Notes: generated by a model from the letters alone, not told the origin. 64,000 bases of DNA from Spirochaetia bacterium (GCA_963677925.2 CAXXYH010000004.1:96001-160000); one strand, 5' to 3'; shown: positions 1 through 10,253, counted from the first letter of the stretch. Program-made: numbers and translations.

Positions 1-4
1 TCTT

Positions 5-727
5 ATGACAACAACAGCAGCCAGGGGTACTAATGCAATCACCCTGAAAGTCACCGGTATCGCAACCTTTCCGGTAGCAACTATGAACGCCAAGTATTTC
101 TGGATGCCGCTTGACCGCGCCCAGTATTTTCTGAGAATGCCCCATAACAGCCTTGATATCATCATCAAGCTGAAAGAAGGTATTGACCCGAAGAAAAAAA
201 CGGCAGAACTCATTCAGAAATACGAGTCGGACGGAATGGAATTTGAAATCAGTCCGCTTCTGGAAATGAATGATATGTACGGATTTCTTAAGCTGGCTGA
301 GAATGTTTACAACATTATGGCATTCATCTTCTTTCTGCTCGGCAGCACAGTAATCATAAACACCACGATGATGGTTATCTTTGAGAGGATGCGTGAGATC
401 GGAACAATGTCTGCGATGGGCATGCACGGCAATGAGCTTATAAGGCTATTCTTTCTTGAAGGAACATATATCAGTGCAATCGGTTCTGCAGTCGGCGTGC
501 TTCTGGGTGTTGTAATTACCCTTTATCTTAAAAGGGTTGGAATTGATTTTACCGATGCGATGTCCGGCATGGATTTTGAAATATCATCGGTACTGTATCC
601 GGTACTCAGCATACCTAAAACCATATTTGTATATTTCTATGCAGTAGTAATTGCCGCCTTTGCAACATTCATTCCATCAAGAAAGGCTGCAAGAATCGAA
701 CCTGTGGAAGCTCTCAGGTATATATAG
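5..727 (+). CDS. ABC transporter permease, FtsX/MacB/LolE family (5'-truncated by window edge)
   Basis: C-terminal FtsX motif NTTMMVIFERMREIGTMSAMG, three further TM helices and PSRKAARIEPVEALR end. Confidence 0.85.
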   Translation: MTTTAARGTNAITLKVTGIATFPVATMNAKYFWMPLDRAQYFLRMPHNSLDIIIKLKEGIDPKKKTAELIQKYESDGMEFEISPLLEMNDMYGFLKLAENVYNIMAFIFFLLGSTVIINTTMMVIFERMREIGTMSAMGMHGNELIRLFFLEGTYISAIGSAVGVLLGVVITLYLKRVGIDFTDAMSGMDFEISSVLYPVLSIPKTIFVYFYAVVIAAFATFIPSRKAARIEPVEALRYI

Positions 728-748
728 ACACTCTATTTACAGGAGGAA

Positions 749-1492
749 ATGATGAGAAATATTATTAAACCTTTACTATTGATATTCATAATCTTAAGTT
801 CTTCAGCCCTCTATGCACAGACTGCTGATGAAATACTGGCGGAATCCGATCGGAGGCAGGTCTTTGAAAGCTCTGTCTCATCAGGAGAAATTCAGGTTAA
901 AGACCGCTTCGGCATAAAGGTAAGCACCTTTAACGCCTGGTCCAACGGAGCCGATGAAACTCTACTTGAGTTTACAAGCACAGCAGAGCGGGGACAGAAG
1001 ATTCTGAAGACCGAAGATTCAATATATCTCTATTACCCGGATGCTGAAGAAATCATCCGAATGCAGGGCTCCGCGCTCAGGCAGTCGATGATGGGTTCCG
1101 ACATTTCATATGAGGACATGACCGGCGGAAACGATCGCCTTTCCCAGTACAAAACTTCGATAATCGGAGAGGAAACTCTAAACGGACGCGACTGCTGGAT
1201 TCTCAGTCTTGAGGCAAAAACACGGACGGTCCCCTACCCTAAAGAGAAGATATGGATCGATAAGTCAAACTATATTGTCGTAAAGGGAGAATATTCAACA
1301 AAATCAGGAAGACTGCTGAAAGAGATGGAAGTGCTTGAAACCATGACAGTAGGCGGCCGTGCAATAGCTTCAAAATCCAGGATCTCGGATAAGATGAAAA
1401 GTGATTCCGAAACAATTATGAGCATTAGCGATATAAAAATTAATGTCGAGATAGATCCGGACATTTTCTCACTGGATGAGCTTTCATGGTAA
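749..1492 (+). CDS. Outer-membrane lipoprotein-sorting protein (LolA-like fold), signal peptide
   Basis: RBS AGGAGG; signal peptide; SMMGSDISYEDM and KIWIDK motifs typical of LolA-like proteins encoded beside LolE-like permeases. Confidence 0.8.
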   Translation: MMRNIIKPLLLIFIILSSSALYAQTADEILAESDRRQVFESSVSSGEIQVKDRFGIKVSTFNAWSNGADETLLEFTSTAERGQKILKTEDSIYLYYPDAEEIIRMQGSALRQSMMGSDISYEDMTGGNDRLSQYKTSIIGEETLNGRDCWILSLEAKTRTVPYPKEKIWIDKSNYIVVKGEYSTKSGRLLKEMEVLETMTVGGRAIASKSRISDKMKSDSETIMSISDIKINVEIDPDIFSLDELSW

Positions 1493-2691
1493 AAAAAACA
1501 GTTTTAATACTTTTGATATCAATCCTGCCCTCGATCATCTTTGCCGAGGGCAGCCTTACACTCGACATGGCTGTAAACAACTTCATTTTCAGGACTCCGG
1601 ACACGGCAACAGAGGATGATTATTACTGGGCCTGGATGACAAGCGGAGCCGGCGGATTCTCATTTGAATCGGAAGGCAACCGCAACGTTAAATCCGAACT
1701 TCAATTCAGTTTCAACTACCCGGAACTGGCTGCAACCCTCGGCTACAGCCTTCCGATTGTCACACTCGACAAGGCCTATGTAAAGGCGCGCTTCCCCTTG
1801 TTCAGAATAACAGCCGGTAAAACCCGGCTAAGCTGGGGCGAGGGCTTCATGTTCAACTCCGGAGATCTGCTTTTCGGCAGCACCGGAACATCGGTCGATT
1901 TAACAGCCGATGAACTCAGAACCGAAACAACCTGGCTTACAGCAGTCAATATCCCGCTGGGCCGATTCTCCTTTTTTGAAGCAGTGGCACTGACACCTGC
2001 AACCGCACTGCAGACAGATCCAGTTTCCGGCACGGTCACCGGAATCAGCTACGGGAATCTAACAGAGGCTTCAGCAGGCGGAAGAATTTACACTAAATTC
2101 ATGGACATTAAAACCGAAGCCGGGTATCTGTACAGCGGAGGAAATGAAGATGCAGCGCACAGGTTTTACGCTTCTTTTCAGGGGAACCTGTTCGCCGACT
2201 GGTATCTGACAGCAGGAACTGCGTTATCAGCAGAGGCGGAAGGTGATGAAATCACCGAAAATCTTGAAGACAACCTCAGCATCAGCGGCGGAATTTTCTA
2301 TATGCAGCAGATAAGTTCCATAAGCACTATAACCTTCCGGCTTGAAGGACTCTACTCACCCTTCGGAGAATTCGGGGAGACAGACTGGGAAGCCGGGTCG
2401 GCAGCCCCTGCTTACGGTGTTTATCTTTATCCTGAAATAGTATATGCCCCGAGCGACACACTCAGCATATCAGCAAGATCGGTATTCTCCCCGGCAGATC
2501 TCTCTGCAGAAATAACGGCAGGGGTCGGATGGAATGTGTTTGAAGGGTTTACCCTCTTTGCCTACCTGCTGAGCAACGCCGGTGATGGTGATGATACCTT
2601 CAGCTGGGAAAGAAACAGGAATCTTACGGCAGCAGCCGGAGAAACTTACAGCAGAATCGCAGTAAGTACAGGAATTAGTTATATTTATTGA
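1486..2691 (+). CDS. Secreted hypothetical protein, probable outer-membrane beta-barrel
   Basis: Signal peptide; AGKTRLSWGEG motif; alternating aromatic/Gly strands; aromatic C-terminus GISYIY. Confidence 0.6.
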   Translation: MVKKTVLILLISILPSIIFAEGSLTLDMAVNNFIFRTPDTATEDDYYWAWMTSGAGGFSFESEGNRNVKSELQFSFNYPELAATLGYSLPIVTLDKAYVKARFPLFRITAGKTRLSWGEGFMFNSGDLLFGSTGTSVDLTADELRTETTWLTAVNIPLGRFSFFEAVALTPATALQTDPVSGTVTGISYGNLTEASAGGRIYTKFMDIKTEAGYLYSGGNEDAAHRFYASFQGNLFADWYLTAGTALSAEAEGDEITENLEDNLSISGGIFYMQQISSISTITFRLEGLYSPFGEFGETDWEAGSAAPAYGVYLYPEIVYAPSDTLSISARSVFSPADLSAEITAGVGWNVFEGFTLFAYLLSNAGDGDDTFSWERNRNLTAAAGETYSRIAVSTGISYIY

Positions 2692-2738
2692 TTGAATAAA
2701 TTGATATCAGGTTCCTGATTGTAGATAATTTAAGCAGA

Positions 2739-4244
2739 ATGCCTGAAATAGACGATGCAAAACAGAAAAGGAACCTGATACTCGCTACTTCGATTGAAAA
2801 AGAGCAGGACGAAGTAAGGGATTATATCGAGAAGAACCATCTCCCATATAGGATTTTCACCCCAAAGGGGTTGAAAGAACTTGATGAACTGACAACTACA
2901 TATCCGATATCTCTGATCATAACTGATTACAGTTATCAGAACGGAAGCCTGGTAGACTGGCTCACCCTTTGGCCGACGCCCTTTATCCTTATGATAGATT
3001 CAGAAGATCTGTTTCCTGTGGATGATGTCATAACAGATGAGTCAAGCACCTTCATACTCAGAAACGGTTCGCCGGGCTTTACCAGCTATCTGATGAGTAT
3101 GGTTAAAAAGGTTCTCAACATAAGAGAAAGCCTTGAGCGGCAGAATTACTTTCTGCAGAATACTGAAAAGCAGTACATGCACCTTGTACAGGCCCTTCCA
3201 GACATTATATATGTACTGAACTCTGATGGAAATTTTACATTCATAAATAATGCAGTAAGGATACTGGGATGGGAGCCTCAGGAACTGATAGGAAAGCACT
3301 TTTCTGAAATCCTTTTTGTAGACGACGTCTCAAAAGTATCAAGAGATATGGTCCTGCCTACTCTAAGAGGCCGGATAACCGGCCATGACAGAGCCCCCAA
3401 ACTCTTTGACGAAAGAAGAACCGGCCCCAGGATGACCAAGGATCTTCAGATAAGGCTGAAAAGAAAGGCTCCAATCGGCGGAGGTATTGAGGTATCTCTT
3501 ACTTCCTACGGAGAACTTGCTGCAGTAGGGCATTCATGGGAAAATAATGAATCGGAATTTGAGAGTCTGGGATCAGCGGGAATAATCAGAGAAAGAAACA
3601 CTGTAAAAAACAAAGAGAACTGCCTTGATCCGACAGGGGATAACATAGAAGAAGAAAAGGCTCTGGCACATCAGGAAGTCCAGCATCTGATAAACAACAA
3701 GCTTCAGATGCTGTCAAGCCTCATCTCGCTCAAACAGGGATCTACTGAGGACGCAACGGCTGCTTCTGTAATGAATGAAATTCAGATTCAGATATACACC
3801 CTCTCACTTGTTTATCAGAATATGGTTAAAATCGACAGTAAAAACAAGATAAAGATGCAGACATATCTGGATGATATTATTAAGCATTTGACAAGTTCAT
3901 ATTCAGCAAACCCGTGGGCTCAGAAGATAGAAGTCCACTGCGATTATATATATCTCGATACAGATGTAGCTATAGCCGTTTCAATGCTGATAAATGAACT
4001 GCTGACGATAATTCTCAAGACTCAGAACGAACTCAGCTGCGAAACAAGCCCGGTATCTTCAACATTTTTACTTAACGACAATATTGCACAGCTTAAATTA
4101 AGGATGTCAAAAACCATTCTGGACAATTGCCGGAAAATCATTGAGGATGATCAATCCGGCATAATTATCACTGCTTTAACCGATCAGCTTCAGGGACAGC
4201 TGTTCCTCGATGAAACATCAGTAACGCTGTTCTTCAATATTTGA
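2739..4244 (+). CDS. Receiver-like + PAS + degenerate HisKA_2/HATPase signalling protein
   Basis: PAS (LPDIIYVLNSDGNFTFIN...LIGKHF); HisKA_2-like EVQHLINNKLQMLSSL; ATP-binding boxes not recognisable. Confidence 0.7.
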   Translation: MPEIDDAKQKRNLILATSIEKEQDEVRDYIEKNHLPYRIFTPKGLKELDELTTTYPISLIITDYSYQNGSLVDWLTLWPTPFILMIDSEDLFPVDDVITDESSTFILRNGSPGFTSYLMSMVKKVLNIRESLERQNYFLQNTEKQYMHLVQALPDIIYVLNSDGNFTFINNAVRILGWEPQELIGKHFSEILFVDDVSKVSRDMVLPTLRGRITGHDRAPKLFDERRTGPRMTKDLQIRLKRKAPIGGGIEVSLTSYGELAAVGHSWENNESEFESLGSAGIIRERNTVKNKENCLDPTGDNIEEEKALAHQEVQHLINNKLQMLSSLISLKQGSTEDATAASVMNEIQIQIYTLSLVYQNMVKIDSKNKIKMQTYLDDIIKHLTSSYSANPWAQKIEVHCDYIYLDTDVAIAVSMLINELLTIILKTQNELSCETSPVSSTFLLNDNIAQLKLRMSKTILDNCRKIIEDDQSGIIITALTDQLQGQLFLDETSVTLFFNI

Positions 4245-4252
4245 CAGTCTGC

Positions 4253-5596
4253 TTACCCTTTCTTTTTCAGCAGCATGCTTGCAGCAGTAAGCAGAGGATC
4301 CCATACCGGACTGAAAGGCGGTGCATAGGCAAGGTCTGATTCATAGAACTCCGCTACCGAAAGCCCTGCCTGTACCGCAACCGCAGCCGCATTTATACGT
4401 CTGGCAACACCTTCAGTCCCGGTCATCTGAGCACCAAGCATTTTACCGCTTGCCTTATCGGCAATCACAGCCACATGAATTGCAGAAGCCCCCTCAAAGA
4501 CATGGGCCTTTGATTTAGCCACAATGGCCTTATAAACCGGTTCAAAACCGGCATCCTCAGCCTGCGCAACAGTGATGCCGGTTTTTGCCACTTCATAGTC
4601 AAAAACCTTGAACACCGCAGTGCCTGCAATTCCGTTAAACGGAGCATCCTCTCCCATCATGTTATCAGCAGCAAGACGGCCGCCCCTGTTTGCAGTGAGT
4701 GCGAGAGGAAGCCAGATCTTCTTTCCAGTTACAATGCTGAGACAGTCTGCACAGTCTCCGGCCGAATAAATATCAGGGTCTGAGGTCTGCATATTCTTAT
4801 TGATTGAAACAGCACCTTCTGCCCCCAGCTCCAGACCGGCAGCCTTTGCAAGTTCAGCCTCAGGAACTACTCCTGTTGCAACAAGAACCATTTCACCGCT
4901 GAAAGACTTTCCACCTGCATTAACAGTCAGGCTGCCGCGGCCCCCGCTTATTTTTTCAACTGGATACCCGTCATTAAGCTCGACACCCTTTTCTGTAAGC
5001 GATTTTCTTAATACATCTGAAAGTTCCGGAAGCATCCATGGAAGCAGCCCCTCACGGCGTTTGACCATAACAACCTTTATGCCGCGGGCATGCAGAGCTT
5101 CTGCCATCTCAAGGGCTATATAACCCATTCCTATAAGGACCGCAGTCTTAACTTCAACTTCGGCAAGGTATGTCTTAATATCTCTTGCATCCTGCAGGGT
5201 TTTCAGCTTGAAGACCCCTTCGAGATCCATTCCATCAACAGGCAGCATTGCAGCCTTTGCTCCGGTAGCAATAAGAAGCTTGTCATATCCGCATTTAAAA
5301 TCACCTGATTCGGAGTTCTTCCCCGAAACGGTTTTCTCATTCCGGTTGATAGCCGTAACTTCATGACCGGTTCTGAGATCTATGCCCTGAGACTCTCTGA
5401 AAGCTTCAGCAGATCTGACAACCAGCCTGTCAATTGCTGCTTCCGGTTTTGCTATATTATACGGCATTCCGCAGGCACTGTACGAAACATCCATCGTCTT
5501 TTCAAATACAACAACCTCAGAATCCGGCTCTCTTCTTTTAATTCTGGACGCAGCACTCATACCTGCAGCATCGCCACCGATTATTACATACTTCAT
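4253..5596 (-). CDS. CoA-disulfide reductase / NADH oxidase family flavoprotein
   Basis: GGDAAG FAD motif, SYSACG redox Cys, GMGYIALE, AGDC, C-terminal YAPPFS. Confidence 0.9.
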   Translation of the reverse strand: MKYVIIGGDAAGMSAASRIKRREPDSEVVVFEKTMDVSYSACGMPYNIAKPEAAIDRLVVRSAEAFRESQGIDLRTGHEVTAINRNEKTVSGKNSESGDFKCGYDKLLIATGAKAAMLPVDGMDLEGVFKLKTLQDARDIKTYLAEVEVKTAVLIGMGYIALEMAEALHARGIKVVMVKRREGLLPWMLPELSDVLRKSLTEKGVELNDGYPVEKISGGRGSLTVNAGGKSFSGEMVLVATGVVPEAELAKAAGLELGAEGAVSINKNMQTSDPDIYSAGDCADCLSIVTGKKIWLPLALTANRGGRLAADNMMGEDAPFNGIAGTAVFKVFDYEVAKTGITVAQAEDAGFEPVYKAIVAKSKAHVFEGASAIHVAVIADKASGKMLGAQMTGTEGVARRINAAAVAVQAGLSVAEFYESDLAYAPPFSPVWDPLLTAASMLLKKKG

Positions 5597-5663
5597 TTGC
5601 GAATCTCCTATATATGTATGATTATATAATAATAAAGCTGAGGCTGTAATCCAAATTTTGTTT

Positions 5664-6977
5664 TTATTCCAGACCGTATTCTTTTATTTTATTAAAAAGA
5701 GTCTTTCTATCTATGCCGAGCTCTTCTGCGACCCGGGTTTTTCGCCCTTCCCACCTGGCAAGTGAATCAATAATTGCCAGACGTTCAATATCCTTCAGAG
5801 TACCCTGAGCCTTCCGCCTTGCCGGGGATGATGAAATACTGAAATCCTCGGGGGTAAGTTCAGTCCCGGCGGCAAGGATTACCGCCCTTTCGAGCATATT
5901 CTCAAGCTCCCTGATATTTCCCGGAAACCCGTAGGAATTTAACAGTTCAATAGCTCCTGAGGTCAGCCCTTCAATACTGCGTCCCATTTTCTGATTGATA
6001 TTCTCAAGAAACCCTGCACATAAAACAGGAATATCCTCTTTCCTTTCCCGTAATGGCGGCAGATGCACACGCACTACATTAAGCCGGTAAAAAAGGTCCT
6101 CACGAAACAGACCATCCTTTACAGATTTTTCAAGATCACGGTTCGTAGCTGCAATTATTCTTACATCAAGATTTATCTGCCTCACAGCCCCCAGCCTCTG
6201 AATCTTTCTTTCCTGTATTGCGCGAAGCAGTTTCACCTGCAGATGGAGAGGCATATCCCCAATTTCATCCAGAAAAAGTGTACCGCCCGATGCCGTTTCG
6301 AAGAGGCCGCTTTTCATTCTATCTGCACCGGTAAAAGCACCTTTTTCATAACCGAAAAGTTCACTCTCAAGAAGGCTTTCGGGAACACCTCCGACATTGA
6401 CTGCAACAAACTGCTGAGAGGATCGGCTGGAAAGGCTGTGTATGTATCTGGCAAAAACCTCTTTTCCTGTACCGCTCTCACCCGTAATAAGGATATTAGC
6501 CGGAGACGGTGCCGCCTTGTGAACAAGCTCCATTACCGGCTTCATGGCCGGACTTCCGCTTTTCAGATTAAATTTTACCGCCCCGGTACTCCGAAGATAT
6601 TCGACTTCCTTCTGAAGCTTACGCTTTTCGCCGGCCTTCCGGATTTTGAGAAGCAGTTCTTCGGTTTCAAAGGGTTTTACCAGATAATCTTCAGCTCCAA
6701 GCTTGATTGCAGCAACAGCATCGGAGACTTCCCCGAATGCCGATATCATCAGCACCGGAATCCCGGGGGTATTTTCCTTCATCCATTTAAGAACTTCCAG
6801 ACCATCCGCTCCCGGCATTTTTAAATCGAGGATCACTGTGTCGAAATCTTCATCTTCAAGCTGTCTGATTGCCGACAGTCCATTTTCTGCTACATCGACC
6901 TCAATATCTTCAAGTTCAAGGTATTCGGCAATTGATTCCCTGAGTCCTTTTTCATCATCAGCAACAAGAACCCTCAT
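5664..6977 (-). CDS. Sigma54-dependent response regulator (NtrC/AtoC/ZraR family)
   Basis: REC domain (DLKMP), [32 protein letters not shown], Fis-type HTH. Confidence 0.95.
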   Translation of the reverse strand: MRVLVADDEKGLRESIAEYLELEDIEVDVAENGLSAIRQLEDEDFDTVILDLKMPGADGLEVLKWMKENTPGIPVLMISAFGEVSDAVAAIKLGAEDYLVKPFETEELLLKIRKAGEKRKLQKEVEYLRSTGAVKFNLKSGSPAMKPVMELVHKAAPSPANILITGESGTGKEVFARYIHSLSSRSSQQFVAVNVGGVPESLLESELFGYEKGAFTGADRMKSGLFETASGGTLFLDEIGDMPLHLQVKLLRAIQERKIQRLGAVRQINLDVRIIAATNRDLEKSVKDGLFREDLFYRLNVVRVHLPPLRERKEDIPVLCAGFLENINQKMGRSIEGLTSGAIELLNSYGFPGNIRELENMLERAVILAAGTELTPEDFSISSSPARRKAQGTLKDIERLAIIDSLARWEGRKTRVAEELGIDRKTLFNKIKEYGLE

Positions 6978-8329
6978 CCTGTACTCCCCGGACCATGTCC
7001 AAGACGGAATTCCAGCCGCACGTATCCGCCGGCCTCATAATTACCAATCAAAACCCGCCCGCCGGAAGCTTCCATAAACTTTTTAACAACAGAAAGCCCC
7101 AACCCCATACCGCTTGTCTTGGTTGTAAAAAAAGGCTCAAAAACCATCGATAAATCATCAGAGGAAAATCCGGGTCCGCAATCTTTTATTTCAACAGCAA
7201 CCAGGTCGGCTGAAGGAAAAATATCAAGTTCGGCTGTTCCGCCGCTTTCTAGAGCATTGTTAATAACATTGTCAAAAACAGTTCTTAAACGTTCAGAATC
7301 GAAGCGGACATAGTATTCAGCAGATTTTATCCCATTGAGCTTTATGCCGTTCCTGTCACCGTATAAACCGTTCAAATAACTTCCAATATCAATATCAGCT
7401 CCTGTCCCTGCAGGATTTCTCAGAAAGTCACCGACTTTCTCCACCAAAGTGTTCAGCCGCTTCAGTTCACGATCTATTACATCCAGATTTCCCGAGTAGC
7501 CCTCACCCAGCTTCTTCACAAGCAGATCCCGCTGTATCTTCAGTACTCCAAGGGGATTTCTAATTTCATGAGCAAGAACTCTGGCAGCCTCACCAAGCTG
7601 AATGAGCTGCCGATCCTTTTCAGATTTAAGCTCCAGTTTTCTATTTCTAAGGTATAGCGAAATAATCAAAAGCACAGATACGGCAAAAACAGCAAGGGAC
7701 AAAGAGACAATAGCTATATTAAGATTACGCTGCTTTAAATAGGCACCGTTACGGTATTCGAGATACACTCCCGCACCTGCAGTTCTGAACTGTGAATTCA
7801 TCCCCATTTGAGGCATTCCACCGCCTTGCCGGCGAAACTCACGGGCACGTTCACTCATCGCAGGGGGCATCTGCTGCATCATTGAGCCCAAAGGCATGTT
7901 AGTCTGATCTCCAATCAGAGGTCTGATCACGGCAATACTTTCATTGCCATTGAACAGAACCCTCCCGCCCTGAAGATCAACATTTCTAAGCTCGGGTGCG
8001 GTTAGATAATCTTTGAGGTAGATATCAGCATGCCGGTTCAGATCTGTAAAATCCTGAGGCGCAGTTCCATAATGATAGAGCAGCTTTCCGTCAATTCCAT
8101 ATAATCCAAAACCGATGATATCACTGTCGATCTCATCCGGACTGGGCATATCTTCCTGAAAATATAAATCAATCAGCAGGTTTATTGTTCTTGAGGCCCG
8201 GTACTCGAGCATAATAGCATTACTGTTCTGTTTCTGATCTATAAGAAGAAATATAAGAACAGTAAAAAGCAGGATAAGTGCGGTAAAAGGTATGGCAATA
8301 AGACCCTTTCGGTTCATCATTATTATCAC
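6974..8329 (-). CDS. Membrane sensor histidine kinase (start probably ATG at 8320)
   Basis: Two TM helices; H-box LAHEIRNPL; N-box NALES; DCGPG; FEPFFTTK; GMGLGL; ATGA overlap with the regulator. Confidence 0.93.
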   Translation of the reverse strand: MIIMMNRKGLIAIPFTALILLFTVLIFLLIDQKQNSNAIMLEYRASRTINLLIDLYFQEDMPSPDEIDSDIIGFGLYGIDGKLLYHYGTAPQDFTDLNRHADIYLKDYLTAPELRNVDLQGGRVLFNGNESIAVIRPLIGDQTNMPLGSMMQQMPPAMSERAREFRRQGGGMPQMGMNSQFRTAGAGVYLEYRNGAYLKQRNLNIAIVSLSLAVFAVSVLLIISLYLRNRKLELKSEKDRQLIQLGEAARVLAHEIRNPLGVLKIQRDLLVKKLGEGYSGNLDVIDRELKRLNTLVEKVGDFLRNPAGTGADIDIGSYLNGLYGDRNGIKLNGIKSAEYYVRFDSERLRTVFDNVINNALESGGTAELDIFPSADLVAVEIKDCGPGFSSDDLSMVFEPFFTTKTSGMGLGLSVVKKFMEASGGRVLIGNYEAGGYVRLEFRLGHGPGSTG

Positions 8330-8346
8330 AATACTATAAAGGATAA

Positions 8347-8380
8347 AAGAAAGCCAGCAATTCTAATTGCCGGCTTTCTT
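8347..8380 (-). terminator. Hairpin / probable intrinsic terminator after the 8398-9000 gene
   Basis: Inverted repeat AAGAAAGCCAGCAAT...ATTGCCGGCTTTCTT with a T-rich tail on the minus strand. Confidence 0.6.
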
Positions 8381-8397
8381 CAGATTTTCCTATTTTA

Positions 8398-9000
8398 TCA
8401 GTAGACAGGGCAGAAATCAGAATTCATGTACGGTCTGTTATATGAACCGCTGTTGTTTCTTGAGAAACCGCCTCTGGAACTGGTCCCGCCGCGCATATTT
8501 CCAAACCTGGAATCATCTGAAAAGTTTCTTCCCTGCATCATTGTTCCGAATCCATCTTCAACCCACGGCAGCATATAAAGCTGACCGTCTATCTCCACTG
8601 ATTCAACCAGAAGTATAATGTCGTTGTCCAATGCTTCCGGGTTAGAAAAATTCATCATTCCGGGACCCCTGCCGCGCGGGCCGTAAAAGGAATCGTTATC
8701 ATCAACAATATAACCATTTACAGTTACCTTCTGACCTTCAGTAAGATAGGCTGCAAGCATATTTGCACCGGGTGCGGTAAGAGCATATTCCTTTCCGCCG
8801 GCAGACAGTTCAGGTACCACACTCTCAAATTTTATTGAACCCTTAACAGAAACTTTCTCATAGTCGTCCAACACACTGTTTCTGGCGACATCCCTGGGAT
8901 CGAGTCTGACAATTCCATCTTCATCAGCCTCCTGTGCTCCGCTTGCAAAAACACCTGCAGCCGCACTTAACATAATTAAAACCACTAATGCCTTTTTCAT
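8398..9000 (-). CDS. Secreted Gly/Met/Arg-rich hypothetical protein (possible accessory protein of the adjacent two-component system)
   Basis: RBS AAGGAG; spirochaete-type signal peptide FASGAQE; GPRGRGPGMM and GFGTMMQG segments. Confidence 0.75.
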   Translation of the reverse strand: MKKALVVLIMLSAAAGVFASGAQEADEDGIVRLDPRDVARNSVLDDYEKVSVKGSIKFESVVPELSAGGKEYALTAPGANMLAAYLTEGQKVTVNGYIVDDNDSFYGPRGRGPGMMNFSNPEALDNDIILLVESVEIDGQLYMLPWVEDGFGTMMQGRNFSDDSRFGNMRGGTSSRGGFSRNNSGSYNRPYMNSDFCPVY

Positions 9001-9034
9001 AGCATACTCCTTTAAACTTGGTTATATGCATTAA

Positions 9035-9050
9035 AGCTATTAGCGTGCCA
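9035..9050 (-). promoter_or_regulatory. Sigma54 (-24/-12) promoter
   Basis: Minus strand TGGCACG-CTAA-TAGCT versus consensus TGGCACG-N4-TTGCW, with correct GG-N10-GC spacing, 34 nt upstream of ATG 9000. Confidence 0.85.
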
Positions 9051-9170
9051 AGAAAGTAATTTCATATACTGTTTAATTAAATGATTTCCTTAGAAACATG
9101 GAGTTTTTGCTCTAAAACACCTTAATTTCATGAGGTTTGATAACGATTTTCTGAAACTGAAGCTTAGACA

Positions 9171-9215
9171 CGGGGAAAATTTCCCCGCTGCAGTTTTTCG
9201 GGGAGTTTTTCCCCG
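9171..9215. promoter_or_regulatory. Tandem palindromic upstream activator sites (putative enhancer)
   Basis: CGGGGAAAATTTCCCCG (9171-9187) and CGGGGAGTTTTTCCCCG (9199-9215), 28 bp apart, about 120-165 bp upstream of the sigma54 promoter. Confidence 0.7.
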
Positions 9216-9220
9216 CCGGA

Positions 9221-10165
9221 TTATTTTGTTTCAGGTGCTTTTTCAAGCCTTCCCAGAGCAGCAGCGGCAGCCCGGGTTTTCCTGTGTTCTACTCCTAATA
9301 TCTTTTCATACCCGGAAACAAGCTCCTGCAGCAGCGGCAGAGCCTTCCCATCATCTCCGGTTTTCTCATACAGCCTGCTGAGGTTTTCTACAACTGAAAG
9401 ATATTCGAACTGCTCCCTGCCATAATGTCGGCGGCAGATATCAGCAGCCTCTAAGTAGCACGCTTCCGCTTTTTTAAATTCATTTATTTCAAAATAAAGG
9501 GCGGCATAAGTATTTAGACCTGCGGCATAAAGGGGGTGCTCCGCTCCAAGAACATTACGGTAGCACTGGAGGGCTTCTACAACAGAGGCTTCAGCCTCTT
9601 CAAGTCTGTTCAGCTGCCTATATACGCCGGATAGGTTGTTAAGACTAGTTGCATACGCAATTCTGTGTTCCTCATGCCTCCTGATTATTTCAAGAGCTTC
9701 CTCATGCAGAAGCACAGCCTCATCAAAACGTTTCATATCCTGGTACAGGAGGCCAAGATTATTAAGGCTGCTGGCATACAGATAATGATCCCGGCCTATT
9801 GTTTTCTCATACAGGCTTATAGTCTGCCGGAAAAGATCTTCAGCCTCATCATGCTTCCCCATGAGCCGGTACAGCCCGGCAGTGTTATTTATTATAGTGG
9901 CATATTCCGGATTGTTTTCACCCGCGCAGCTTTTCAAAGCCTCTCCGGCCTCTGAAAAACAGTATTCGGCCCGGCTGTAATCACTTAATTCCCGGTACAG
10001 GGCTCCAAGTTCGCTCAAAATAGCGGCATAGCCCTCATTCTTACCATACTTCTGCTCAAAATCCTCGGCACTTTTCTGCAGAAGTGGTTCAGCATCACAG
10101 CTCCTGCCGTTTTTATAAAACAGATCAACTTTATTCATTATTTCCTGCAAATCTTCACGCATCAT
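9221..10165 (-). CDS. Tetratricopeptide repeat protein (kinesin-light-chain-like repeats)
   Basis: Repeated YAxxLNNLxxLY units about 42 aa apart; ATG at 10165 preferred to the ORF-track start 10201. Confidence 0.85.
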   Translation of the reverse strand: MMREDLQEIMNKVDLFYKNGRSCDAEPLLQKSAEDFEQKYGKNEGYAAILSELGALYRELSDYSRAEYCFSEAGEALKSCAGENNPEYATIINNTAGLYRLMGKHDEAEDLFRQTISLYEKTIGRDHYLYASSLNNLGLLYQDMKRFDEAVLLHEEALEIIRRHEEHRIAYATSLNNLSGVYRQLNRLEEAEASVVEALQCYRNVLGAEHPLYAAGLNTYAALYFEINEFKKAEACYLEAADICRRHYGREQFEYLSVVENLSRLYEKTGDDGKALPLLQELVSGYEKILGVEHRKTRAAAAALGRLEKAPETK

Positions 10166-10222
10166 AAACTGATTATGCCCTGCTGAAGCCTGTATTTCCA
10201 CCGGTTTTTTGAAAAAAGGGTA

Positions 10223-10253
10223 AGCGGAAGCCCGGTTATTCCAGGCTTCCGCT
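10223..10253 (-). terminator. Hairpin / terminator downstream of ssb
   Basis: AGCGGAAGCC...GGCTTCCGCT inverted repeat with a T-tract nearby on the minus strand. Confidence 0.6.

Noticed and set aside
6063-6824. 253-aa plus-strand ORF, and other long antisense ORFs (12827-13387, 23837-24367, 56203-56805, 61292-61945)
   Set aside because: They lie opposite well-supported genes and show no domain motifs.
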